From an uncultured Nitrososphaerales archaeon (lineage in GTDB: Archaea > Thermoproteota > Nitrososphaeria > Nitrososphaerales > Gagatemarchaeaceae), in contig OY970160.1 of the NCBI GenBank assembly GCA_963706445.1, positions 992,001 through 1,056,000 on the forward strand: a DNA stretch of 64,000 nt. The letters run 5' to 3'. The translations under genes were made by a program, and so were the position numbers. Each line of letters starts with the position of its first letter. Position 1 is the stretch's first letter. The notes below the pieces were generated by a model that was given only the letters and a program-made list of their open reading frames with translations, searched no databases and was not told the origin of the DNA. Below are positions 1 through 9,628 of the stretch, piece by piece.

Positions 1-199
1 CTGACTCCCTGCTGGTCTTCGACGGGAACCGGGCGGGCTGAGGCTGCGGCTGGAGGTTCAGCTTCCTGCACGCCTCTCCAAGCTCCGGCAGGGTCGGGGC
101 ACGGGTGGCCGAATTCAGGGGGACGCGCCTCCCCTCGCTCCGCTTCAGCTCGGAGTCGAAATAGTCTAGCCAGAAAATCTGTCTGTCGTAGTCCTTCAT
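1..199 (-). CDS. srp19: Signal recognition particle protein SRP19 (runs off window edge)
   Basis: Not in the ORF track. Manual translation from ATG at 199 gives MKDYDRQIFWLDYFDSELKRSEGRRVP..., the SRP19 'W..Y.D...SR.EGRRVP' motif; ATGA overlap with the rps8e stop. Confidence 0.9.
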   Translation of the reverse strand, partial: MKDYDRQIFWLDYFDSELKRSEGRRVPLNSATRAPTLPELGEACRKLNLQPQPQPARFPSKTSRES

Positions 200-582
200 T
201 TCTTGGACGTCAGCGTGGCGTTGACGACCCCGTCTGCCGTCGGGCGGGACGTCACCAGCGCCTCCCCTGCCTCCGTCTCAATGACCGAGCCCTTGGTGAT
301 GACCCCTCTCCTCTCATAGTCGCGGTTCGCCGGGCTCTTTTTGACCCTGAGGATCTTGGACTTGCTCGTCTTTCCTGAGGCGTCCGAGACGTTGGCGAAG
401 TCGGCGAATATGACCCCAGCGGTTACCCGCCCTCCGCGCCTGCGGAGGGGCCTGCGGGAGACCGGACCGACTAATGGTTCGATGGCGTAGCCGTCCTTCT
501 CGTACGCCCTCCTTCCTCTATGGGGCTTCGACCTGCCACCGGTAGGCTTGCGCTTTACGAGGTTCTCGATGGGCCGTGTCAA
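196..582 (-). CDS. rps8e: 30S ribosomal protein S8e
   Basis: KRKPTGGR N-terminus, RRRGG, and PANRDYERRGVITKGSVIETEAG...VTSRP..DGVVNA motifs. Confidence 0.95.
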   Translation of the reverse strand: MTRPIENLVKRKPTGGRSKPHRGRRAYEKDGYAIEPLVGPVSRRPLRRRGGRVTAGVIFADFANVSDASGKTSKSKILRVKKSPANRDYERRGVITKGSVIETEAGEALVTSRPTADGVVNATLTSKK

Positions 583-634
583 GTTTGAAGACCTTTCGGG
601 GTCGCCCTCCGCGGCTCCATGTTAAGTATTTTGA

Positions 635-1174
635 TTATCTGAGCGTCAGGGTCCTGTTTTCGAGTTGCCTCTTCATGGTAGCTGTGTCGGTGCTCAGCCC
701 GAAGTACTCTGCGAACCTCGGGGTCGTCTTGTAGGCCTTGCTCCTCCCCTGCCGCTCCCCCACAACAAAGCCGACCTCCTCGAGCTCCTTCAGGTGCTGA
801 TAGACTGTGGAACTCCTCCGGAGAACCAGATCAGCCCCGGATATCGGCTGGAAGAACGCGATGAACGAAAGCGTGCGCATGGCCGCACGTGACAGGAGCG
901 GACGCGTCGCGAACTTCCGAGCTGTCTGGGTGTACTGGGCCTTCAGCTGCATCGCGAACCTCGGACCCGAATACTCGACCACCTCCACCGCCTGCATCGA
1001 CCCGTTGACCGTCCTCGCGACTTCGCGGGCCATGGCCGTGGCCTTCCTCTCGGAGGCGGTCCCTACGACGTGCGCTAGCTCCTCCACAGACAGGGGACGG
1101 CCTGAAGCGTAAAGCGCAGCTTCGACCTTCGCCAACAGCTCCTTGGGGAGGATTTCCTTGACAGTCTCACTCAA
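635..1174 (-). CDS. scpB: SMC-Scp complex subunit ScpB
   Basis: VEAALYASGRPLS, LSRAAMRTLSFIAFFQPI and YKTTPRFAEYFGL motifs; operonic with scpA and smc. Confidence 0.93.
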   Translation of the reverse strand: MSETVKEILPKELLAKVEAALYASGRPLSVEELAHVVGTASERKATAMAREVARTVNGSMQAVEVVEYSGPRFAMQLKAQYTQTARKFATRPLLSRAAMRTLSFIAFFQPISGADLVLRRSSTVYQHLKELEEVGFVVGERQGRSKAYKTTPRFAEYFGLSTDTATMKRQLENRTLTLR

Positions 1175-1829
1175 ACTGCCCCACCGACACTACCAGCGCG
1201 TCTTCGTCAGACTCTTCCTGGTTTATCACGACCTCGCCGCTGTTGGCCGCGAACAGGAGGCAGATGAAGATGCGGGCGGCATCGACGGGCCGGAATCCTT
1301 TGAGGAGCTCCGACAGCAGGGCCTTCCCCGTCGCCGTGAGCCTTTGTACTAGGATCTTACGGTACTCCGAAAGCATTGCCTGGAGGGAGATGACGTAGTC
1401 GCCGAACACCGGAGGCGGCAGATCCTCCACGAGGAGGTCCTTTGCCCCTCCTCCCCTTTCCTCCTCCACGACTATCTCCTGTAATATGTGCCCCAGCTCG
1501 TCGAAGAGCTCCTCGATATTCGTCGAGTAGATCTCGTACCTGAACGGCATGACTATGATCTGTGGAGGCTCCGACGCGTCGAACAGCCTGTGCTGCAGCC
1601 TCAGCCTCTCAAACAGGAAAAGGCTCTCCACCTTGAGGCGGTAGATTGTGGCCGAAGAAAGGGCGGCGGTCCCTGCGGCGCGCATGTCGATGAACTCCTT
1701 CTTCGAGATTGCCTTCAGGAAAAGGTCGAGGAGCTGGGTCAGGTTGATCTCCCAGGGGCTCTTCCTTTTCGCAAGCGATGGGTCGATCAGTACGTTAAGC
1801 GGCGGACGCCCGAGGTCGTTGCTAAGCAC
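1167..1829 (-). CDS. scpA: Kleisin ScpA
   Basis: PWEINL..L, IYRLKVESL and C-terminal FICLLFAA..G.V.I.QEE winged helix; lies between smc and scpB. Confidence 0.85.
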   Translation of the reverse strand: MLSNDLGRPPLNVLIDPSLAKRKSPWEINLTQLLDLFLKAISKKEFIDMRAAGTAALSSATIYRLKVESLFLFERLRLQHRLFDASEPPQIIVMPFRYEIYSTNIEELFDELGHILQEIVVEEERGGGAKDLLVEDLPPPVFGDYVISLQAMLSEYRKILVQRLTATGKALLSELLKGFRPVDAARIFICLLFAANSGEVVINQEESDEDALVVSVGQFE

Positions 1830-4800
1830 GACGCGGCACCTCGGCGGGCTTGTAGTGGACCACCCTTGACATCCCTCCGGCCGAGTACACTCCGTAGGTC
1901 ATGTCGCTTTCGGATATGAAGACGTCTCTCAGAGTTATGGAGATGATCTGGGCCTCGGCAGACTTCTCCTTCAGGAATCGGGCTAGACTGTTGGAGTTTA
2001 CAGCGTCCAGGGCCGCGTCAATCTCGTCAAAGAGGTAGAAGGGGTGCTTCTGGACTGCCTGCATGGCAAGGATCATGGAGACCCCTGTCACCGCCTTCTG
2101 GCCTCCGCTGTGCTGGGCAGATTCGCGCAGGCCATTGCCGAAATCCGCTCGCATGATTATGCCACCGCTGAAGACCTCGTCCGGGTTCTCCAGCTCCAGC
2201 AGGGCCTGTCCGCCGGTGAGCCTCCGGAAAATCGCCCCGAATTCCGAGCCCACCTTCTCGAAGGCAGACATGAAGACCTTCCTCTTCTCGCCCTCCACGC
2301 TTTCGATGAAGGAGATTATCGAGTTCCTCTCGGCTTCGAGCTCGTTGTGCCTTACTGACAGGCTCTTGTAGCTGACGTACATCTCCGTGTACTGCCTGTC
2401 CGCACCCCGGTTGACCGAAACGATGAGCTGGTTGAACTCGATCTGCAGCTCGCCCAGCAGAGGTTGGCTCGACTCGAAGTACTCCTGCTCCTCGGTGTAC
2501 CCGAGCATCCTCAGGCCTCCGAGGGTCTCCTCCACCCTGTCCTCGGTGGCGGATGCCTGGCCAGAGAGCGAGAACAGGTCCTTCTGGTTGGCGTTGACAG
2601 ACCGCTGGACGGAGTCCCTCTCCTCCTTCAGGCGCTTGACCTTGGAGTCGAATTCGTCGAGGACGGGCTGGCTCCTCTTGGACGACTCCATGAGTTTCGA
2701 AATCTGTCCCTCTAGGGAACCCTTCTGCTCTCCCAGCTGCCTGATCTGTCGGGGCGCCTCTCTTGCAGTCACCTTGAACGTCTGGAGGTCGTCCGAAGCA
2801 GCTTGGAGGTCGAGCTGGTTGTTCTCGAGAGCGCCGAGCAGCACGTTCTCGAGGTTCGCACGTTCCCTGGATCGCACAAGTTCGAGGTCGGATAACCTGT
2901 TTCGCATCGTCGAAATGTCCCCCGACAGAGAAGTGTTGTAGGCGTCGAGCTCAGCCAGCATCGCGTCCAGCCCGAGTGCCTGCGTGTCGGCCAGGACGTG
3001 GTTGAGGGAGGCGATCCCCTTCGCGATCGAGTCTTTCTTTTCATGGCTCACCCTGAGCCGTTCTTCGAGCCTCGCGACCGTGGCAGCCTGCTTCTGGTAG
3101 TCGGCGCTCATGTTCTTGAATAGGTTCCTGTTGCGCTTGAGTATCCCCGATATCGTGTCAGCTTCAGCCTTCAGGCTGGTGGTGGTGACAATCTTCCTCA
3201 CCCGCTCCCTCATGATTGTGCGGGAGTCAGACTCCATGGACTCCAGCTGGGACCTGCGCCTTTGTATTGCGCTCTTCAGGGCGCCGACGGCGTCCTCGAC
3301 CTCGCTGATCCCCTCGAGGTTCTCCAGCCCCTCCATGAGGTTGACCATGAGCTCCTGGTATCCGTAGCTGAAGGCGCGGCCCCCGGGCTCGAAGGTCTCC
3401 CCGGCCTCCGTGACCGCCCTCACCCCTTCCGAGGCAAGGATGTATCCAATCGCTTCGGTCTCCACCAGGACAGAGTCCCCTGCCAGGAAGTTCACGAGGC
3501 CTTCGAACTCCTCCTCTCTCTTGATTACCTCGGAAAGGGGTCCCACGACCCCTGCGGAGTTGTCGACGTCGACTGCTTTCACCGATTCGACCTCGCTCAG
3601 AGGTATCACCGAAAAGCTGCGCGCCTTCAGGGACTTCGCGGCCTTGATCAGCTGGGTCATCGATTTCAGGTCCTGAACTATGAACGCCCCCATCCATCGT
3701 CCCATCACAGAGTTGACCGCCCTCGAATACTGCTGAGGATACTTGATGAGCTGACCGAGTCGTCCCACGTATCCGGGGACCCCGCCCTCGTCGCAGAACT
3801 CTTGCAGCTTGAGCTGTCCGCTCCTCTCCCCGGACAGGCTCTCAGACATGTGTTTGAACGCCTCCTCCCTGGTGACCTCGGCAGACGCCTTCTCGAGTAT
3901 CTTCGAAGCGCTCTGGATGGAGGATACAAGCTTCTCCCTGTTCTTCTCGACCCCGGAGAGGTTGTCTTCGACGCTGTTGAGCTCCTTGGTCGAGCTCTCG
4001 TAGAGCCCGAACAGCTCCTTGGTCTGGGACTCGATCTTGGAAAGTATCCCCGAGTAGCTGTCAACCCTGAGCTTCAGCTCCTCCAGGCGCTTCTTCTCGA
4101 CGCTCAAGCTCGCATTCGTCGCGTTGATGGTAAGGTCTGCCTGGGTCATCTTCTGGGCCAGGTCCACGAGCTTTACCTGCACCCTGGCGTTCTGCTTCGA
4201 TTTCTTCTCCATGGTGGCTCTCAGCTCCTCCGCGGCCCGGAAGAATTCCTTCAGCCTCTGAGAGTGCTCCACGTATTTAGCGTCAAGTTTCTCGATCTCT
4301 CCGGTCAACTGCTTAACCGTCGACTGGACCCCGTTGACCTCCTTTTGCTTCTCCGAGACAATCTGCTTCAAGCGGGGAATTGTGTCTCCCTCAAGGTCGA
4401 CAACGTTCGATTCTGCCTCCTTGAGCTCCCCTTCAAGGGAAGCGAGCTCGTTCCTTACGTGCTCGAGCTGGAACTGAAGCTCCACGTGGCTTGCGCCCCC
4501 TCCCTGGATGACCTCCATTATGAACCGGGTCTTCTCGTTGTCCACAGCCCCGATCCTGTTTTCCAGCTCCACCAGCCTTGCGCTGAGGTCTGCGATCCGG
4601 CTCGTGAGATCCTGCTCCTGCGAACGCTGTATGGCCAGCTTGTCCTTGAGGTCGGCGATCCTTTTGGACGTCATGACGGCGTTGAGCCAGTTGATCTGGG
4701 ACTCCAAGGTGTTGAACCTGACCATCTCCGTCCTCTGCGAGTCGAGCTGTTCGAGGGTGCTCCGCATCTCCCCGATCCTTGCCATCGCAACCTCCAGCCT

Positions 4801-5382
4801 CTGGTCGGCCTGGCCGAGCTGCCTCTGAGCCTCTGCCTTCCTCTCGTCGAACTTCGAAATCCCGACGATGCTCTCGATGACTTTCCTCTTGTCTTCGGGG
4901 GTCAGGTCCGCCATCTTCGACGCTGCTCCCTGGGCCACGATGTTGAACCCACCCGAAGACAAGCCTGCGATGTCTATGATGTCGGTGAGGGCGCCCCTCG
5001 ATGTCTTCCTCCCGTTGATGTAGTAGGTGTTGTCTCCGTCCTCCCTGAGTTCTCTCGTTACCGTGACGAGGTCTGAATCGACGGGGATGGCCCTGTCGGA
5101 GTTGTCGAACTGCAACGTCACTTTGCAAGACGTTAGCTTTGGCGTGGTGGACGCGTCTCCTTCCTTGGGCGTGTAGATCAGGCCCGAGAGTCTGTTGTTG
5201 CCGGTCCTCAGCGCCCTGACTGAGTTCTCCCCGATCGCGAATGATATCGCATCGCCGAGGTTAGATTTTCCGCTCCCGTTGGGGCCGGTGATGACCGTGA
5301 ACCCTTTTTCGAAGTTTACGACGACTGTCCGGGGGCCCGCAGACTTGAATCCGCGCATCTCCAGCCTTCGAATATACGTCAC
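1822..5382 (-). CDS. smc: Chromosome segregation protein SMC
   Basis: Walker A GPNGSGKSN, long coiled coils, hinge, SGGQK signature, Walker B/D-loop FDEIDAALD. Start placed at GTG 5382 (VTYIRRLEMRGFKS). Confidence 0.97.
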   Translation of the reverse strand: MTYIRRLEMRGFKSAGPRTVVVNFEKGFTVITGPNGSGKSNLGDAISFAIGENSVRALRTGNNRLSGLIYTPKEGDASTTPKLTSCKVTLQFDNSDRAIPVDSDLVTVTRELREDGDNTYYINGRKTSRGALTDIIDIAGLSSGGFNIVAQGAASKMADLTPEDKRKVIESIVGISKFDERKAEAQRQLGQADQRLEVAMARIGEMRSTLEQLDSQRTEMVRFNTLESQINWLNAVMTSKRIADLKDKLAIQRSQEQDLTSRIADLSARLVELENRIGAVDNEKTRFIMEVIQGGGASHVELQFQLEHVRNELASLEGELKEAESNVVDLEGDTIPRLKQIVSEKQKEVNGVQSTVKQLTGEIEKLDAKYVEHSQRLKEFFRAAEELRATMEKKSKQNARVQVKLVDLAQKMTQADLTINATNASLSVEKKRLEELKLRVDSYSGILSKIESQTKELFGLYESSTKELNSVEDNLSGVEKNREKLVSSIQSASKILEKASAEVTREEAFKHMSESLSGERSGQLKLQEFCDEGGVPGYVGRLGQLIKYPQQYSRAVNSVMGRWMGAFIVQDLKSMTQLIKAAKSLKARSFSVIPLSEVESVKAVDVDNSAGVVGPLSEVIKREEEFEGLVNFLAGDSVLVETEAIGYILASEGVRAVTEAGETFEPGGRAFSYGYQELMVNLMEGLENLEGISEVEDAVGALKSAIQRRRSQLESMESDSRTIMRERVRKIVTTTSLKAEADTISGILKRNRNLFKNMSADYQKQAATVARLEERLRVSHEKKDSIAKGIASLNHVLADTQALGLDAMLAELDAYNTSLSGDISTMRNRLSDLELVRSRERANLENVLLGALENNQLDLQAASDDLQTFKVTAREAPRQIRQLGEQKGSLEGQISKLMESSKRSQPVLDEFDSKVKRLKEERDSVQRSVNANQKDLFSLSGQASATEDRVEETLGGLRMLGYTEEQEYFESSQPLLGELQIEFNQLIVSVNRGADRQYTEMYVSYKSLSVRHNELEAERNSIISFIESVEGEKRKVFMSAFEKVGSEFGAIFRRLTGGQALLELENPDEVFSGGIIMRADFGNGLRESAQHSGGQKAVTGVSMILAMQAVQKHPFYLFDEIDAALDAVNSNSLARFLKEKSAEAQIISITLRDVFISESDMTYGVYSAGGMSRVVHYKPAEVPRRA

Positions 5383-5452
5383 AGGATGATTTGCCCCGTA
5401 TGAGGACACGGCAGGGAATGGATATAAGCGCTTGGTTTTCCAAGGCAGGAAG

Positions 5453-6499
5453 ATGACAGTTTACGCCCAAAGGCGCAAAAGACTGCTTTCCCTCGCCAAG
5501 GGGAAGCAGGTAGCCGCTTTTACCACCCCCAACCTCTTCTATCTGACCTCCTTCTTTGGCGGGGGTGCCGCCATAGTCCATCCGGACAAAACGGTCGTGG
5601 TAACGTCCCCTCTAGAGGCAGACAGGGCGGGGGAAGTGTGCAAGGAGGCTGAAATCGTGGTAGTGAAGAAGTGGAAGGAGGTGGCCAAGGAAATCGACAG
5701 GCAGCTTGAGAAGGGGAAGGTCCTCGTGGACGAGGAACCGGCCTTCGTGAACTCAAAACGTTTCAAGGCCAGGCCGAGCGTCTTCCTGGACGCGAGGCGC
5801 TACAAGGACGAGGCAGAGCTTGAGCTCATCGGAAAGGCGTGCGCCGGGACTGACAAGGCCTACGAGGCCCTCGAGAAGGCGATGAAGCCAGGCAAGACGG
5901 AGTGGGAGCTGGCTGCCGAGGTGATGAAGGTGGCAATCGAACAGGGGATGACACCTTCGAATTCTGACTCCTCCCTCGGACCAGTGATAATCGCGTCGGG
6001 ACCACACGGTGCCTACGGGCACTCTGAACTTTCGAGCAGGCGGCTCAAGGAGGGTGACTTCGTCGTGGCGGACCTCTTCTTCAGGTACCAGGGGTACAAC
6101 TCCGACGAAACCAGGACATTCGCCATCGGAACGGTGAGCTTGGAGATGAAGAAGCACTATGCCATCGTTAAGGAGGCCCAGCAGGCCGCCCTAGACGCGG
6201 CCAAAGAAGGCGTCCGGTGCGGGGTCGTCAACGATGCGGCGGTCGATGTCCTAAGGAAGAACAAGATGGACAAGCTGTTGAACCACAGCGTCGGCCACGG
6301 AGTTGGGATAGACATCCACGAAATGCCTGGGATATTCAAAGGGAACAAGGTCCGGCTGGCGAAGAACGATGTAATCACGGACGAGCCCGGTGTTTACCTT
6401 GTGGGAAAGTACGGCATCAGGATCGAAGACACGCTAGTCGTCGGGAAGAAGGCGACAGTGCTGACAAGGTTCACGAAGGACCTCGTCACCTGCGGCTAG
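5453..6499 (+). CDS. Xaa-Pro aminopeptidase / prolidase (M24B)
   Basis: Metal ligands in ADL...YNSDETRT, HSVGHGVG.DIHE, DEPG.Y and GIRIED. Confidence 0.92.
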   Translation: MTVYAQRRKRLLSLAKGKQVAAFTTPNLFYLTSFFGGGAAIVHPDKTVVVTSPLEADRAGEVCKEAEIVVVKKWKEVAKEIDRQLEKGKVLVDEEPAFVNSKRFKARPSVFLDARRYKDEAELELIGKACAGTDKAYEALEKAMKPGKTEWELAAEVMKVAIEQGMTPSNSDSSLGPVIIASGPHGAYGHSELSSRRLKEGDFVVADLFFRYQGYNSDETRTFAIGTVSLEMKKHYAIVKEAQQAALDAAKEGVRCGVVNDAAVDVLRKNKMDKLLNHSVGHGVGIDIHEMPGIFKGNKVRLAKNDVITDEPGVYLVGKYGIRIEDTLVVGKKATVLTRFTKDLVTCG

Positions 6500-7413
6500 A
6501 CGAGACCCGCTTTCCTCGTACCTACTTCGAATTCGTCCACCCTGACCTCGCGGCTGTACCTCCTTAGGGCACTGGCCACCTTTCCCGCTCTTTCCCCTTC
6601 GGCGAGGCTGTGAATGGAGTAGCCAATCATGTTCTGACTGGCGTGGGTAGCGCCCGCTGCCTTCGCTAGTTTGATGAGCTTCTTCACCTCGTTGGACTCG
6701 AGGCCAAGACCTGCCGAGAACCTCTCGCCTTCGTCGGCCAAGGTTTGCAAGTTGGGGTCTGACAGGAAGGTCCTTAGCGCCGCCTCGCCCAACCTATTGA
6801 TTCTTTCACTGACAGATTTCGAAGAAAGAGCGTCCTTCTTGTCGTAGGGCCCGATGAACGCCGTCACGATCTTCAGGTCACTTGGAATGTCGAAAGTGAC
6901 GAATCGGGACTTGCCCGGCTCCCCGGGGACTGTTATGGCGCCTGCTCCAAGGGCATCGAAAATCACCGACACGGTGCCAAGGCCAGTCTGCTCTATAATC
7001 TCTGCTCTGTGGGCGAAAAGGGCGAGCTCCGATTTGGGTCTCTCGATTCCCACCACTGCTGCGGCCGCTAAGACGGCGGATGTGGCCGAAGCCGCGCTCG
7101 CGCCAAATCCTCCTCCGATCGGGGTCTCGACCTTCTGTTCCAGTGTCAACTTTCCCCGTGCAACCTTGTTCTCCGAAAGCAGGAGGTCGACGGCTCTCCT
7201 CGTCGTCCTGGCGTTGTAGTTCATGTCGCCATTTACCACCGTATCTAGCTCGTATCTCTCTGCGGAAGCGAAAGATGCCTCGGTGACCGCCCCCCTTGAC
7301 AGGATGTAACCACCCCCAGTGGCGCCCAATGGCCGAAAGGAAGAATCGTAGTCTATGGCGAAGAAGTTTGTGATAGCGGCGGGCGCGAAGGCCTTGAAAA
7401 GCCTAGTTGGCAG
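6496..7413 (-). CDS. Pantoate kinase (GHMP family), probable CTG start
   Basis: PIGGGFGASAA GHMP motif, AHRAEI...TGLGTV, SQNMIG. The conserved N-terminal KAFAPAAITNFF lies upstream of the ORF-track start (7329) and is reachable only from CTG (7413/7416/7440). Confidence 0.82.
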   Translation of the reverse strand: MPTRLFKAFAPAAITNFFAIDYDSSFRPLGATGGGYILSRGAVTEASFASAERYELDTVVNGDMNYNARTTRRAVDLLLSENKVARGKLTLEQKVETPIGGGFGASAASATSAVLAAAAVVGIERPKSELALFAHRAEIIEQTGLGTVSVIFDALGAGAITVPGEPGKSRFVTFDIPSDLKIVTAFIGPYDKKDALSSKSVSERINRLGEAALRTFLSDPNLQTLADEGERFSAGLGLESNEVKKLIKLAKAAGATHASQNMIGYSIHSLAEGERAGKVASALRRYSREVRVDEFEVGTRKAGLV

Positions 7414-8236
7414 CAGGTTTCGCCTGTTGGCCCGTACCAGCGATTACGCTGACCAGAGGGGCGAATACCAGTACGAGCAATGCTGTCACGGGTACATAGA
7501 AGTCTAGCCCCGACCAGATAGCCGAGACCGAGGCGTAGTAACCGTAGAGGAATATCGCACCCAGCCCAAGGAATATGATGGCGAAGGCCAGAGAGATTGC
7601 CGACTGCCTCCTCGACGAAGTGGCCGACCAATGTGGATCAAACCTCACTATCTGCGACCGACCTTGAAGAGGCCGGGTCGCCCGTATAAGGACCGGAACG
7701 GCTATGATGATGGCGGGGATGGCAGTCATGTTCCAGAAGACAGTGTAGCCTAGGATTAGGTTGAGAGATGGGAAGGCAGCAAGTCCGGCCGCTGGCGCAA
7801 ATACGAGAGAAGCGAATCTCACGACCATTATGGCGGCTATTAGGTTTCCCAGCGTGACGAAAGCGATGGTCGCGGCCACGAATCCTGACCATGTCCTATA
7901 CTTTTTGACGAACCATCCGAAGAGCAGGAAAGCAACGAAATTCGCCGGGACGCCTGCTATTAGACTGAGCGGCGCGTTCGTTACTCCGGCGGGGGCCACA
8001 AAGAGAACGTCACCAACAAAGGTGCCTACGCCCGCGCCGACAGCGACTGGGACAGTGTCTGACACGACTGCCAGGAACGCGGGAAGGAAAATTCCAACAA
8101 GTACCTGACCGACCAGCCACGGTGTGGGGATATACGCGGTGAGGCCCTTTCCGATGGTATACAGAACGACCGTCACTGCGATAATCGAAACATTTGCGGA
8201 AGCAGTAGGAGCGAACCAGCCGCTATCAGTCTTCAC
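7403..8236 (-). CDS. Multi-pass membrane protein resembling an ECF-transporter S component
   Basis: About 7 hydrophobic helices, with a VAVGAGVGTFVGD segment like ECF S components; overlaps the pantoate kinase start. Confidence 0.55.
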   Translation of the reverse strand: MKTDSGWFAPTASANVSIIAVTVVLYTIGKGLTAYIPTPWLVGQVLVGIFLPAFLAVVSDTVPVAVGAGVGTFVGDVLFVAPAGVTNAPLSLIAGVPANFVAFLLFGWFVKKYRTWSGFVAATIAFVTLGNLIAAIMVVRFASLVFAPAAGLAAFPSLNLILGYTVFWNMTAIPAIIIAVPVLIRATRPLQGRSQIVRFDPHWSATSSRRQSAISLAFAIIFLGLGAIFLYGYYASVSAIWSGLDFYVPVTALLVLVFAPLVSVIAGTGQQAKPAAN

Positions 8237-8472
8237 GAATTATGACAGTCTCTGCCCATTATTTCAATATCCCCTATAAAATCTATATGTCTCTATATAA
8301 TCTTAAATCCCCAGTTTGTAATTTTGACAAGGACAGCGGTGGCACATTTCCCGATCTCCAAGACTACGAGGTCTGAGCTAGTGTAAGGTGCGACCGTCCG
8401 CGCCATAACCAGACGGTTCATCTTACCCACTCTTTTTCATCAACGGTTTGAGCCTTGCTTAAGTAGGGTTGC

Positions 8473-9516
8473 ATGAACCGGCCGAACCCCTTGGGACGCT
8501 GGCTGAATCGAAGGAACCTATTCTCCACGGAGTTCCTTGGGATCCTACTATTCGTCTTCTCGGCGGGCTTTCCGCCCTTCGATGACGCCACAGAAGTGGA
8601 CCTGACCCTCCACATGCTGCAACACGTGCTAATCATATTCTCCGGGGTAATGATCGCATACCCGCACCTCGGGAGGAACCTGATGAACTCGAGACGAGGC
8701 GGCCTTCTCCCGGTGCTCGCCCTGTTTGTTTCCGCCCTGATCTTGGTCTTCTGGCACCTTCCGGGTCCGTGGGACGCCGCAGTCCTGAACCCCGGGGTCC
8801 ACTTTCTGGAGCACTTCTCCTTCCTCGCGGTGGGGCTCCTCAGCGGCTCGTGGATACTACTACTGTCCGACTCCGGAAAGATAGGCGCGCTCATGGGGGT
8901 CTTCTTCGGGCACATGGGATACGCCGTCGTCCTGATCGCGCCGACGGGGGCCCAGGTGTACTCTCTCTACCCACTTTCCAACCAAATCACTCTTGGCTGG
9001 GTCCTCCTTCTCACCGGGCCCTCGATAATCATCGGAGTGGCATACGTCATAGCGAGAAACCCCTCCTGGCTTGGCGGGTTTTCGAGCTCCAAGGCGGGCC
9101 CTGTCGGCAAACGGATTACCTTCGTCAACAGAGCGAAGATCCCCAGGTGGGTCGTGCCCACGTTCAGCCTGGTGCTCGTGGTGGCACTAGTCGGGTACTT
9201 CGGGTACACGGCGTATGCCCTGGGGACCGCGGCGCCGGTGCACGCCGGCGGGCCGGTCGTTTACATCTCGGAGACGCCGATCTCCTGGCAGTACTCACCG
9301 CAGCAGATCAATGTGGTGCTGGCGGTGAACGCCACGGTAACCTGGGTGAGCAGATCGATCTCCTTCGACACGGTTACGGCGAGGGGAGGTGAGTTCGGGT
9401 CTCCTGCCATCCCCCCTGGAGGGACATACTCCTACACGTTTACCGCCCCCGGGACCTTCGATTACTACTGCCAGTACCACCCTTGGATGACCGGGACGGT
9501 CACCGTTCTTCCTTAG
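8473..9516 (+). CDS. CtaG (caa3-type)/DUF1404-like membrane domain fused to a C-terminal cupredoxin
   Basis: HMLQH, FWHLP..W and HFLEH..F motifs of caa3_CtaG; C-terminal YYCQYHPWMTGTVTV plastocyanin-like loop. Confidence 0.8.
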   Translation: MNRPNPLGRWLNRRNLFSTEFLGILLFVFSAGFPPFDDATEVDLTLHMLQHVLIIFSGVMIAYPHLGRNLMNSRRGGLLPVLALFVSALILVFWHLPGPWDAAVLNPGVHFLEHFSFLAVGLLSGSWILLLSDSGKIGALMGVFFGHMGYAVVLIAPTGAQVYSLYPLSNQITLGWVLLLTGPSIIIGVAYVIARNPSWLGGFSSSKAGPVGKRITFVNRAKIPRWVVPTFSLVLVVALVGYFGYTAYALGTAAPVHAGGPVVYISETPISWQYSPQQINVVLAVNATVTWVSRSISFDTVTARGGEFGSPAIPPGGTYSYTFTAPGTFDYYCQYHPWMTGTVTVLP

Positions 9517-9628
9517 ATTCGAGCCGGAGCAACCTTTATGCTCCAAACATCGGTCCGGGTTCGAGTTTGTTGACTTCGGCTCCGCGTCGCCCGGCGAATT
9601 CCGTCCGGGTTTTTGGGAAGGCCATGGG

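Noticed and set aside
3262-5076. 604-aa + strand ORF, and similar long ORFs at 35428-36453, 60139-60825 and 18077-18739
   Set aside because: These are antisense shadows of smc, the ABC ATPase, tuf and lysS caused by GC-rich codon bias; they show no recognisable motifs.
635-5382. Wadjet/Mks-type defence SMC system
   Set aside because: This is a canonical full-length SMC with ScpA/ScpB next to rps8e-srp19, and there is no JetD/Toprim nuclease.
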